From NCBI RefSeq assembly GCF_054482525.1, contig NZ_CM137006.1: a stretch of DNA of 64,000 nucleotides. One strand, 5' to 3'. Made by a program: the position numbers and the translations under genes. The number at the start of each line of letters is the position of its first letter. Positions within the stretch are counted from its first letter, which is position 1. The notes under the pieces were generated by a model. That model did not search any database. It saw nothing but the letters and a program-made list of their open reading frames with translations, and was not told where the DNA came from. Below are positions 45,897-56,079 of the stretch, piece after piece.

Positions 45897-46966
45897 GTGT
45901 CGTACAGCCCTTCCCGTTCCACGGCGGTGTTCCCTTTTCCTGGGCGAACCCGCCGCACTGACTCCCGCACCGCCAATCGTCCGTGCAGCAGCAGCGAGCC
46001 CACCGGAGCATCCGGGCGAATCAGCCGCTGTTGCAACATTTGCACCGCTTCATTGCCTAGCTCATCGCGTGGCACATGCACAGCCGTCAGGGGAACATCC
46101 TCGATTGCCGCAAGGTTAAAGCCGTCGATACTCATCACCGAGACATCCTGTGGTACGCGCAGACCACGACGATGTAGCGCATTTACCGTTCCCGCCGCCA
46201 TAAAATCCCCGCCGACCAGAAACGCCGTCGGCAACGTCTTGCCATTGGCGGCATCCAGCCACGCTCCGACCTTTTCTTCCGCTTCTTTAGCGCTAAAACT
46301 GCTGATATTCAGCAAATGACGGTCATGGTGAAAGGCCAGATTATGCTGACGCCATGATTCTTTAATCCCTGCAAACCGCTGCTCCATAGTGTAGCGGCGC
46401 AGGCACATCACATTCATCACCTCCCGGTGACCCATTTCAAACAGATAGCGGGCGGCGAACGCGCCAATTAACCGATGGTCCGGCGCAATCGCCGGGAGGC
46501 GCATTCGTTCATCACGGCAGTTGATCAGCACACAAGGCTTAGCGAGATCGGCGGCCAGATCATGGATGTGCGGATCGTCAATCCCCAGCAGGATCGCCGC
46601 CTGCGTATCTGCTTCATTCATCCGCGAGAGAAATAGCGCGGGATCGCTGTCAAACTCCTCCAGCGCGCAGTAACGCAGCCGCACTTCATGCGGCGATAAC
46701 GCTTTGCTGATGCTCTGGATCACACGGTAATAAAAGATATCAGATCGTTGGTCAAAAGCGCGTTGCGGCGCGAAAATAATCAGGTTGTTCAGCAACATAC
46801 GACCTGCTGCCATGCCATCCATCACGCCCAACTCACGCGCGCAGGCCAGCACCTGTTCGCGAGCGCGTGCACTGGTATTCGCTTTGCCAGCCAGCACCCG
46901 CGAAACCGTACTCGGCGATAGCCCGGTACGTGCGGCGATATCGGCGATTTTCAACTTCTTGTCCAT
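45863..46966 (-). CDS. LacI-family transcriptional regulator (accessory; absent from K-12 at this position)
   Basis: N-terminal helix-turn-helix MDKKLKIADIAARTGLSPSTVSRVLAG and periplasmic-binding-protein-like sugar-binding core; 367 aa from ATG 46966; 3' end overlaps the ybiU 3' end by 34 bp. Confidence 0.85.
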   Translation of the reverse strand: MDKKLKIADIAARTGLSPSTVSRVLAGKANTSARAREQVLACARELGVMDGMAAGRMLLNNLIIFAPQRAFDQRSDIFYYRVIQSISKALSPHEVRLRYCALEEFDSDPALFLSRMNEADTQAAILLGIDDPHIHDLAADLAKPCVLINCRDERMRLPAIAPDHRLIGAFAARYLFEMGHREVMNVMCLRRYTMEQRFAGIKESWRQHNLAFHHDRHLLNISSFSAKEAEEKVGAWLDAANGKTLPTAFLVGGDFMAAGTVNALHRRGLRVPQDVSVMSIDGFNLAAIEDVPLTAVHVPRDELGNEAVQMLQQRLIRPDAPVGSLLLHGRLAVRESVRRVRPGKGNTAVEREGLYDTQLSIPNARLP

Positions 46967-47260
46967 TTTGTGATCTGCCTCTAATTCGGAAATGACAGAA
47001 TTTTCATGAGCAAAAAAGCCCATTCTGTCTGGCATTAAATCCATTTCAGTAATGTATATCAGTCACTCATGGAAAAACGTGCACAAAACCCGCTTTCTTT
47101 CGCTTTTAGGGTCTCTTACTGTGAATTGGTAGAACAACTTCCATACAAAAATAATGGAAAAACGAACAATAAAGACTTTATTTATCAAAAAGTTAAAAGT
47201 GGTGTGACAACTCCATTCTGACGTTGCCGCACAAACCCTATACCATTCTGTGGAGTGCAT

Positions 47261-48562
47261 ATGAGTCAGGGTATCAATAACGATATGACTGCCAGTAAAC
47301 CGCGCCATATCGTCAAAAATCTGCGTTGGTGGATACTGGTCCTTTTTTTGCTCGGTGTTACTGTCAACTACATCACGCGTAACTCGCTGGGTATTCTCGC
47401 CCCCGAACTGAAAAGCAGCCTGGGGATTACCACCGAACAATATTCCTGGATTGTAGGTGCTTTCCAGCTCGCCTATACCCTATTCCAACCGTTGTGTGGA
47501 TGGCTGATTGACGTCATTGGCCTCAAACTGGGCTTTATGATCTGCGCGGGACTGTGGGCGCTGGCCTGTCTGATGCATGCGGGGGCGGGAAACTGGGTAC
47601 ATCTGGCGCTGTTGCGCTTCTTTATGGGCGGTGCGGAAGCCGCGGCAACCCCAGCAAACGCCAAAACCATCGGTGAATGGTTTCCAAAATCAGAACGCCC
47701 GATCGCCGCAGGCTGGGCAGGCGTCGGTTTTTCCATCGGTGCCATGCTGGCCCCACCGATTATCTATTTTGCCCACGCTTCATTCGGCTGGCAGGGTGCA
47801 TTTATGTTCACTGGCATCCTGGCGATGCTGTGGGTGGTGCTGTGGTGGGCGTTCTATCACAACCCGGATAAGCATCCTAACCTCAGCAAAGCCGAACTGG
47901 ACTTTATCCGCCAGGATAACGAAGCGCCCCCTGTCAAGTTACCCTTTCTGACCGCACTGAAAACCGTAGGCAAAAATAAACGCTTTTACGGTATCGCTAT
48001 CCCGGCCTTTATGGCAGAACCGGCGTGGGCGGTGATGAGTTTCTGGGTTCCGCTATACCTGTCCAAAACCTATGGCATGGACCTGAAGCAGATCGCATTA
48101 TTCGCCTGGTTGCCGTTCCTCGCCGCTGATCTTGGCAGTATTGCCAGCGGCTATCTGACCAAACTTTACACCCGCCTGTTTGGGCTGAGTCGTGTGAACT
48201 CCGTTGTCGCATCATCGGTCAGTGGCGCATTCCTGATGGTTTCGCTGGCGGTGATGGCCTTTACCAATAACCCGTATATCGCCATCGTCCTTATTTCCAT
48301 CGGCGGCTTCGGTCACCAGATCATCTCCTGCATGCTGAGCGCACTGGTGGTGGAATCCTTCGACAAAGGTCAGATGGCCACTGTTAACGGCATGCGCGGT
48401 TCTGCCGCGTGGATCGCAAGTTTCCTGTTCTCCCTGATTATCGGGGTTACCGCTGACAAAATCGGCTTTACCCCCCTGTTTATCGCCATGGGCTTCTTTG
48501 ACCTGATTGGTGCTTTCTTCCTGGTCACCTTTATTGCTGAACGTCGCGCAAAACGCGCCTGA
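47261..48562 (+). CDS. MFS transporter of the anion:cation symporter family, ExuT-like (accessory)
   Basis: About 40% identity by eye to E. coli ExuT across the N-terminal half (LAPELKSSLGITTEQYSWIVGAFQLAYTLFQP...); 12-TM MFS; start ATG 47261 or GTG 47255. Confidence 0.85.
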   Translation: MSQGINNDMTASKPRHIVKNLRWWILVLFLLGVTVNYITRNSLGILAPELKSSLGITTEQYSWIVGAFQLAYTLFQPLCGWLIDVIGLKLGFMICAGLWALACLMHAGAGNWVHLALLRFFMGGAEAAATPANAKTIGEWFPKSERPIAAGWAGVGFSIGAMLAPPIIYFAHASFGWQGAFMFTGILAMLWVVLWWAFYHNPDKHPNLSKAELDFIRQDNEAPPVKLPFLTALKTVGKNKRFYGIAIPAFMAEPAWAVMSFWVPLYLSKTYGMDLKQIALFAWLPFLAADLGSIASGYLTKLYTRLFGLSRVNSVVASSVSGAFLMVSLAVMAFTNNPYIAIVLISIGGFGHQIISCMLSALVVESFDKGQMATVNGMRGSAAWIASFLFSLIIGVTADKIGFTPLFIAMGFFDLIGAFFLVTFIAERRAKRA

Positions 48563-48576
48563 GAGTGGATGTAAAC

Positions 48577-50940
48577 ATGAAAACGCTGAAAAACTGGACC
48601 CTGCACAAACAGTCTGCCCACCACGTTGAACTGCTGGTCGATGGCCAGCATATCCTGTGCCTGTACGTGCTGGAAGAAAATCTGTTCCGCGTGCTGTTAA
48701 AACGCAAAGGCGAGCTGGCGCTGGATCGCACCTGGAGCATTGCTCCGGCGCAGGATGTGCCATGGGAAGGGCGCAGCCGCGAAGATCTCAGCGGCTTTAG
48801 CCTGCCCGCGTGGACATTGATCCAGCACGACGACACCGTGGTTATCGCCACCGAGTCACTGCGTGCCACCGTTCACCAGCCGCTGTGGCTGGAGTGGCAC
48901 TATCGTAACAACGAAGGCGAATGGCTGCCGTTGGTGAATGACCGCCCGACCAGCGCTTATCTGCTGAATGCCCACGGCGACGGCGTGGCGCACTATCAGA
49001 GCCGTCGTAAAGATGAACGCTTTTATGGCCTCGGAGATAAAGCCGGCGACCTGCAACGCAACGGTAAACGTTACGAGATGCGTAACCTCGACGCGATGGG
49101 CTACAACGCCGTTAGTACTGACCCGTTGTACAAACACATTCCATTCACCATCACCCGCCGCGATGACATTAGCTTCGGCCTGTTTTATGACAACCTCAGC
49201 AGCTGCTGGCTGGATCTGGGCAACGAGATCGACAACTACCACACCGCCTATCGCCGCTGGCAGGCGGAAGCGGGTGATATCGACTACTACCTGTTTACCG
49301 GCGAACGCGTACTTGATATCACCAAAGCCTTCGTACGCCTGACCGGAAAAACCCTGTTCGGACCGAAATGGAGCCTGGGCTACAGCGGTTCAACTATGCA
49401 CTACACCGATGCGCCGGACGCACAAAATCAGTTGATGAACTTTATCCGCCTGTGTGAAGAACATGCGATTCCCTGCGATTCGTTCCAGCTCTCTTCCGGT
49501 TATACCTCAATTAACGGCAAGCGCTATGTGTTCAACTGGAATTACGACAAAGTGCCGCAGCCGAAAGTGATGAGCCAGGCATTTCACAATGCTGGTTTGC
49601 ACCTGGCCGCCAATATCAAGCCGTGCCTGTTGCAGGATCACCCACGCTATAACGAAGTGGCAGAAAGAGGACTGTTCATCCGTGATTCAGAAACAGATGA
49701 ACCAGAACGTTCCAGCTTCTGGGATGACGAAGGTTCTAACCTCGACTTTACTAATCCGCAGACCATACAGTGGTGGCAGGAAGGCGTGACCACACAGCTT
49801 CTGGAGATGGGTATCGACTCCACCTGGAACGACAACAACGAATTCGAAGTGTGGGACGGTGAAGCACGCTGTCACGGCTTTGGTCAGACGATCGCGATCA
49901 AACATATTCGCCCGGTGATGCCACTGCTGATGATGCGAGCCTCGATGGAAGCCCAGCAACGTTTCGCTCCGGAAAAACGTCCGTACTTGATCTCCCGCTC
50001 CGGCTGCGCGGGAATGCAGCGCTATGTGCAGACCTGGAGCGGCGATAACCGCACTAGCTGGGACACTCTGCGCTACAACACCCGCATGGGTCTGGGGATG
50101 AGCCTCTCCGGGCTGTATAACCTCGGTCACGACGTCGGCGGTTTCTCCGGTGATAAGCCGGACCCGGAACTGTTTGTACGCTGGGTACAAAACGGCGTGA
50201 TGCATCCGCGCTTTACGATTCACTCATGGAACGATGACCATACCGTAAACGAACCGTGGATGTATCCGGGTGTCACTCCGGCGATCCGCAGCGCTATTGA
50301 GTTGCGCTATCGCCTGCTGCCCTACTTTTATACCCTGATGTGGCAGGCATACGCCGATGATGAACCAATGCTACGTCCGACTTTCCTTGACCACGAGCAC
50401 GACGTTCAGACTTTTGAAGAGTGTGATGACTTCCTGCTTGGTCGCGATATTTTGGTTGCCAGCGTCGTAGAGCAAGGCGAGCGCCAGCGCCGTGTATGGC
50501 TGCCAGATAACGAAACTGGCTGGTACGATTTCTACAACGGCGAATGGTTCAGTGGCGGTCAGTGGATCACCCTCGACGCACCGCTGGAGAAACTGCCGCT
50601 GATGGTGCGTGCCGGGGCTGGTCTACCGCTCAGCAAACGCATCACCTATGTGAGCGCAGAACAAGACGATACCCGCGAACTGAAACTGTTCCCGCTGAAA
50701 GGTGTGGGCACAACGTCCGGCCTGCTGTTTGAAGACGATGGCGAAAGCTGGGGCTACCAAACTGGTAATGCGCTTTGGGTGGAATGGGAAATGGTTTGCG
50801 ATGGGGCGACCATCAACCTGAAAGTCAACGCGCGCGGGGATTATCGTCCTGCATGGAGTGCACTGAAAGTGTCATTACCAGTGGAAGAAAAACGCACGCT
50901 GCTGGTCAATGGTGTTGAAGGGAGTGAATGGATGCGTTAA
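48577..50940 (+). CDS. Glycoside hydrolase family 31 alpha-glycosidase (accessory), specificity unknown
   Basis: GH31 motifs: nucleophile region STWNDNNEFE, acid/base region QTWSGDNRTSW and GHDVGGF; 787 aa from ATG 48577; 14 nt after the transporter stop (operon). Confidence 0.85.
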   Translation: MKTLKNWTLHKQSAHHVELLVDGQHILCLYVLEENLFRVLLKRKGELALDRTWSIAPAQDVPWEGRSREDLSGFSLPAWTLIQHDDTVVIATESLRATVHQPLWLEWHYRNNEGEWLPLVNDRPTSAYLLNAHGDGVAHYQSRRKDERFYGLGDKAGDLQRNGKRYEMRNLDAMGYNAVSTDPLYKHIPFTITRRDDISFGLFYDNLSSCWLDLGNEIDNYHTAYRRWQAEAGDIDYYLFTGERVLDITKAFVRLTGKTLFGPKWSLGYSGSTMHYTDAPDAQNQLMNFIRLCEEHAIPCDSFQLSSGYTSINGKRYVFNWNYDKVPQPKVMSQAFHNAGLHLAANIKPCLLQDHPRYNEVAERGLFIRDSETDEPERSSFWDDEGSNLDFTNPQTIQWWQEGVTTQLLEMGIDSTWNDNNEFEVWDGEARCHGFGQTIAIKHIRPVMPLLMMRASMEAQQRFAPEKRPYLISRSGCAGMQRYVQTWSGDNRTSWDTLRYNTRMGLGMSLSGLYNLGHDVGGFSGDKPDPELFVRWVQNGVMHPRFTIHSWNDDHTVNEPWMYPGVTPAIRSAIELRYRLLPYFYTLMWQAYADDEPMLRPTFLDHEHDVQTFEECDDFLLGRDILVASVVEQGERQRRVWLPDNETGWYDFYNGEWFSGGQWITLDAPLEKLPLMVRAGAGLPLSKRITYVSAEQDDTRELKLFPLKGVGTTSGLLFEDDGESWGYQTGNALWVEWEMVCDGATINLKVNARGDYRPAWSALKVSLPVEEKRTLLVNGVEGSEWMR

Positions 50941-51119
50941 ATCATTACCGGGGCCGGGAGGCGACTGCGCCTTACCCGGTCAAGCCATCGAATCCTTTAC
51001 CTCAGTATTTCACGCTGCAGGAAGGCAGCAAACCTGTAAACCCCGGGAGCTTAAATAAGTAAGTGACCGGGGTGAACAGGTGAAGCCAATGCATCTGCCG
51101 CATGAAAGACGGCGGGAAA

Positions 51120-52715
51120 TTAACCGTCGATCCCTTTACTACGCAGGTAATCTTCGTAATTACCGCTAAAGTCGATCACGCGTTCCGGGGTGATTTCCAG
51201 AATGCGGGTCGCCAGGGAGCTTACAAACTCACGGTCGTGAGAAACAAAGATCAGCGTGCCCTGATACAGTTCCAGTGCCATGTTCAGCGACTCAATGGAT
51301 TCCATATCCAGGTGGTTGGTCGGTTCGTCCATGATCAGAATGTTCGGCTTCTGCATCATTAACTTACCAAACAGCATCCGCCCTTTTTCTCCACCGGAAA
51401 GCACTTTCGCTGGCTTTTTGATGTCGTCCTGGCTGAACAGCAAACGACCGAGAATGCTGCGTACCGCCTGCTCGTCATCGCCTTCCTGCTTCCACTGACT
51501 CATCCATTCGAACACGGTCAGATCATTTTCGAACTCATATTCGTGGTCCTGGGCGTAGTAACCAATGCGCGCGTTTTCAGACCATTTTACGGTGCCGCTG
51601 TCCGGTTGCAGATCGCCCACCAGCGTTTTCAGCAGCGTTGATTTACCGACGCCGTTGGTACCCAGTACCGCCAGTTTTTCACCGACTTCCAGCAGCAGGT
51701 TGAGATTTTTAAACAGTGGACCGTTATCAAACCCTTTGGTCAGACCTTCCACTTCCAGCGCGTTACGGAACAGTTTCTTATCCTGTTCAAAACGGATGAA
51801 CGGATTCTGACGGCTGGAGGCTTTCACCTCTTCCAGTTTGATTTTATCAATCTGGCGCGCGCGCGAAGTTGCCTGGCGAGATTTCGAGGCGTTGGCGCTA
51901 AAGCGGCTAACGAAAGATTGCAGCTCAGCAATCTGCGCTTTCTTCTTGGCGTTATCGGCCAGCAGACGTTCACGCGCCTGGGTCGCCGCCGTCATGTACT
52001 CATCGTAGTTACCCGGATAAACGCGCAGCTCGCCGTAATCCAGATCCGCCATGTGGGTACAAACCATGTTAAGGAAGTGACGGTCGTGCGAGATGATGAT
52101 CATGGTGCTGTCACGCTCGTTCAGCACCTGTTCCAGCCAACGAATGGTGTCGATGTCGAGGTTGTTGGTCGGTTCGTCGAGCAGGAGAATGTCCGGATCA
52201 GCAAACAGCGCCTGCGCCAGCAGCACACGCAGCTTCCAGCCAGGAGCAACTTCACTCATCGGGCCGTAGTGCTGTTCCACTGGAATTCCCACGCCAAGCA
52301 ACAGTTCACCGGCGCGAGCTTCCGCAGAGTAACCGTCCATTTCGCCGTATTTCACTTCCAGATCGGCCACTTTATAGCCGTCTTCTTCACTCATTTCCGG
52401 CAAAGCATAGATGCGGTCACGCTCCTGCTTCACTTCCCACAACTCTTTATGCCCCATGATCACCGTATCCAGCACAGTGAACTCTTCAAAGGCAAACTGA
52501 TCCTGACGCAGCTTACCAATGCGCTCGTTGGGATCGAGGGAAACGTTACCCAACGTCGGCTCTAAGTCGCCGCCGAGGATCTTCATAAAGGTGGATTTAC
52601 CACTACCGTTCGCGCCAATCAGGCCGTAACGGTTGCCGCCGCCGAATTTGACGGAAATGTTTTCAAACAACGGCTTACTGCCGAACTGCATGGTGACGTT
52701 ACTGGAAACTAACAC
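51120..52715 (-). CDS. ybiT: ABC-F family ATPase YbiT
   Basis: About 530 aa; two ABC cassettes ([18 protein letters not shown]) and no membrane domain. Confidence 0.9.
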   Translation of the reverse strand: MLVSSNVTMQFGSKPLFENISVKFGGGNRYGLIGANGSGKSTFMKILGGDLEPTLGNVSLDPNERIGKLRQDQFAFEEFTVLDTVIMGHKELWEVKQERDRIYALPEMSEEDGYKVADLEVKYGEMDGYSAEARAGELLLGVGIPVEQHYGPMSEVAPGWKLRVLLAQALFADPDILLLDEPTNNLDIDTIRWLEQVLNERDSTMIIISHDRHFLNMVCTHMADLDYGELRVYPGNYDEYMTAATQARERLLADNAKKKAQIAELQSFVSRFSANASKSRQATSRARQIDKIKLEEVKASSRQNPFIRFEQDKKLFRNALEVEGLTKGFDNGPLFKNLNLLLEVGEKLAVLGTNGVGKSTLLKTLVGDLQPDSGTVKWSENARIGYYAQDHEYEFENDLTVFEWMSQWKQEGDDEQAVRSILGRLLFSQDDIKKPAKVLSGGEKGRMLFGKLMMQKPNILIMDEPTNHLDMESIESLNMALELYQGTLIFVSHDREFVSSLATRILEITPERVIDFSGNYEDYLRSKGIDG

Positions 52716-52933
52716 AGGCGTATCCTGAAAAGAGATATGACAAACCGCGCATTATGCCATAAGTCTGAAAGAAGATCCTGCTCCTCGCTTAAGGTCTACA
52801 CTCAAGCCAAAGGCAAAAAATGTGATTTCGTACACATCTGATTTCACTGTGAGCTGGAATGAACTTATAATGCGCTTCCAATACTCTAATATTCTCAACC
52901 CAATGGCCTGCCAGGCACAAAATCTCGCTTAAC

Positions 52934-53854
52934 ATGAATATGAAATTGAAAACATTATTCGCAGCGGCCTTCGCTGTTGTCGGCTTTTGCAGTACCGCCT
53001 CTGCGGTAACTTATCCTCTGCCAACCGACGGGAGTCGCCTGGTTGGTCAGAATCAGGTGATCACCATTCCTGAAGGTAACACTCAGCCGCTGGAGTATTT
53101 TGCCGCCGAGTACCAGATGGGGCTTTCCAATATGATGGAAGCGAACCCCGGTGTGGATACCTTCCTGCCGAAAGGCGGTACTGTACTGAACATTCCGCAG
53201 CAGCTGATCCTGCCGGATACCGTTCATGAAGGCATCGTCATTAACAGTGCAGAGATGCGTCTGTATTACTATCCGAAAGGAACCAACACCGTTATCGTGC
53301 TGCCGATCGGCATTGGTCAGTTAGGCAAAGACACGCCTATCAACTGGACCACCAAAGTTGAGCGTAAAAAAGCAGGCCCGACCTGGACGCCAACCGCTAA
53401 AATGCACGCAGAGTACCGCGCTGCGGGCGAACCGCTTCCGGCTGTCGTTCCGGCAGGTCCGGATAACCCGATGGGTCTGTATGCACTCTACATCGGTCGC
53501 CTGTACGCAATCCATGGCACCAACGCCAACTTCGGTATCGGCCTGCGTGTAAGTCATGGTTGTGTGCGTCTGCGTAACGAAGACATCAAATTCCTGTTCG
53601 AGAAAGTACCAGTCGGTACCCGCGTACAGTTTATTGATGAGCCGGTAAAAGCGACTACCGAACCAGACGGCAGCCGTTACATTGAAGTCCATAACCCGCT
53701 GTCTACCACCGAAGCCCAGTTTGAAGGTCAGGAAATTGTGCCAATTACCCTGACGAAGAGCGTGCAGACAGTGACCGGTCAGCCAGATGTTGACCAGGTT
53801 GTTCTTGATGAAGCGATCAAAAATCGTTCCGGGATGCCGGTTCGTCTGAATTAA
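52934..53854 (+). CDS. ldtB: L,D-transpeptidase LdtB (YbiS)
   Basis: 306 aa; signal peptide and YkuD domain with catalytic SHGCVRL. Confidence 0.9.
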
Positions 53855-53872
53855 TCGTCAAAACGTAAAACA

Positions 53873-53899
53873 AAGGCGGACTCATAATCCGCCTTTTTA
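53873..53899 (+). terminator. Intrinsic terminator downstream of ldtB
   Basis: Hairpin aaaggcggactcataatccgccttt plus T run. Confidence 0.7.
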
Positions 53900-53911
53900 A
53901 TTTGCCAGACC

Positions 53912-55030
53912 TTATCCCGCCGGGATCATAACCAACAAAACATATCCCACCAGCGCCGCCCACAACAGCATCGGTATTGAATAGAGATGGAAACGCCACC
54001 AGATACGGCGATCGTTCGCCATCCGTAACGCAATCAAATTTGCCAGCGATCCGGGTAATAAACCAAAGCCACCCACGTTTACCGCCCATGCCAGTAATAA
54101 AGACGGCGGCACATAATTGAGCAGCAAAATCGTGCTCGGCACGTTACTGATCACCTGCGATAAACCGATTGCCGTTAACCATAATCCGGGTTCGGATAAA
54201 TGACTCACGTTACTTAACACCCCCTGCAAAGCTGGCAGTTGGGTTAGTAAATGGACGTCGATAAACATCGCCATAAACACCAGCAGCAGCGTCCAGTCCA
54301 CACTGAGCAACACGCGACGTGCCAGCAGCGCAAAGCCCACCGCCACAATCACCAGTCCCCACAGCTCTTGTTTTAACTCCAGCGCCATCAGAAAGACGAT
54401 ATACAGCCCCAGACAACTCCACACCAGCCGCGGTTTCCACTCCGGCGTTTGCGCCCCCGTATGGTATTGCAGCGCCTTTCCAGGGAAACAACACCAGCAC
54501 AGGAGCAGGAGCGTCAGCATCATTGCGCCAGCCAGTGGTGCCATTTGGGCAATAAATCCGGCAAACGAAAGACCAGAACGTCCCCAGATAAGAATATTTT
54601 GCGGGTTGCCAATTGGCGTCAGTAGCGAACCAGCGTTGACTGCCAGCGCTTCAAAAATAATCAGCCGATTAACCGGGATCTCACACAGTCTTTTTAGCGT
54701 GATAGTCAGCGGAACAACAATAAACAGCGCGACATCGTTGGTCAGAAAGGTAGAAAGCAGCGCCGCCGCCAGCACCATAAACATCGCCAGCCGACGCTCC
54801 GTAGCAAAGCGGCGCACCATTTTGCGCCCCAGCACATCAAAATAACCGCTTAGCTCCACACCTTTAGTCAGCAGCATCAGGCCGCTTAAGGTGATGATGG
54901 TGTGCCAGTCGATAGCAGCAGGCCAGGATTTCGGTGCAAAGGGAACAAAAAAACTTAATCCGATGCCAACAAGAATTAATAACTGAAAAAAACGATCGCC
55001 TTGCAGCGTGCGTAAAAAAGGCAGGCTCAT
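53912..55030 (-). CDS. ybiR: Putative transporter YbiR
   Basis: 372-aa polytopic membrane protein; 4-nt overlap with mntR. Confidence 0.85.
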
Positions 55031-55494
55031 TTGGCACCGTGTTTCTGGGTAAACAAACGAAAGGCATCCAGCGTCTCTTCACTAACATGGTGCTCCATGC
55101 CTTCCGCGTCGCGACGGGCGATTTCCGGACTGACGCCCAACACCAACAAGAAATTTTCGACTATCTGATGTCGCTCGCGGCTTTCCTGCGCCAGTTTCTC
55201 TCCTTCTGCCGTTAAAAACACGCCACGCCAGGGGATCATTTCAATCAGCCCCATGGTTGCCAGCCGCTTAAGCATTTTCGCCACCGTCGGTTGCGAAACC
55301 CCCAGACGAGCAGCCATGTCCACCTGACGAGCTTCCCCCACTTCCCTGATCAAGTCAGAAATCAGCTCAACGTAATCATCAATAAGCTCGCGCCGATGCG
55401 CCTCTCTGACCTGGCGGAACCCTTCAACGTGCTCTTCCACGTTCACTAACTGCGTCACTTTTTTTGCTGTTGGCGTACCTGCGCGACGACTCAT
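55027..55494 (-). CDS. mntR: Manganese-responsive transcriptional regulator MntR (DtxR family)
   Basis: 155 aa. Confidence 0.9.
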
Positions 55495-55587
55495 TGTGCT
55501 TCCTCATTATGGTGACGCATACCTAGCGTTCTCATTTCGTGCGCACATTGTAAACCAGAGTTGCGAAGGTACAAAAAATTAACGTTT

Positions 55588-55625
55588 TAGCAATAGCTAT
55601 ATAATATAGCCTGTGCTATATCTGT
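55588..55625. promoter_or_regulatory. Candidate MntR operator(s) upstream of mntS
   Basis: AT-rich dyads containing repeated atagc/gctat half-sites (agcaatagctatataatatagcctgtgctatat). Confidence 0.4.
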
Positions 55626-55679
55626 ATGTAATGCAATCATCCCTCAAGGATCGACGGGATTAGCAAGTCAGGAGGTCTT

Positions 55680-55808
55680 ATGAATGAGTTCAAGAGGTGT
55701 ATGCGCGTGTTTAGTCATTCTCCCTTTAAAGTACGGTTAATGCTGCTCTCTATGTTGTGCGATATGGTCAACAACAAACCGCAGCAAGATAAACCTTCCG
55801 ATAAATAG
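55680..55808 (+). CDS. mntS: Small protein MntS (manganese homeostasis)
   Basis: 42-aa sORF MNEFKRCMRVFSHSPFKVRLMLLSMLCDMVNNKPQQDKPSDK; AGGAGG ribosome-binding site 5-10 nt upstream; not in the supplied ORF track (below its length cut-off). Confidence 0.85.
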   Translation: MNEFKRCMRVFSHSPFKVRLMLLSMLCDMVNNKPQQDKPSDK

Positions 55809-56079
55809 CGGCGTCGCGGTACGCCGCTTCACTCCTGCTTTTATGCAGGCACAACGCGTTTTGGTCTGAAAAACCCCACTTTTTGTCGGATTTGCAATCC
55901 CCTTCGCAAAAGATTTGTTCGTCAGTAGTTGACCTGAACGGCGGCTCGCTCTATCTTCTTGCAGCCCTGCGTATATTGCGGCTCGCGGATGCGGACCCCT
56001 TTCCCCTCTTCACGCACTCTTGCAGGTATTGACCCTTGACGCCAGGGTAAGCACATGGCGTTTGTTACGATAGTGGCAT

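Noticed and set aside
45863-51119. Accessory locus as a prophage or integrative element
   Set aside because: No integrase, transposase, tRNA attachment site or flanking direct repeats are visible; the content is purely metabolic.
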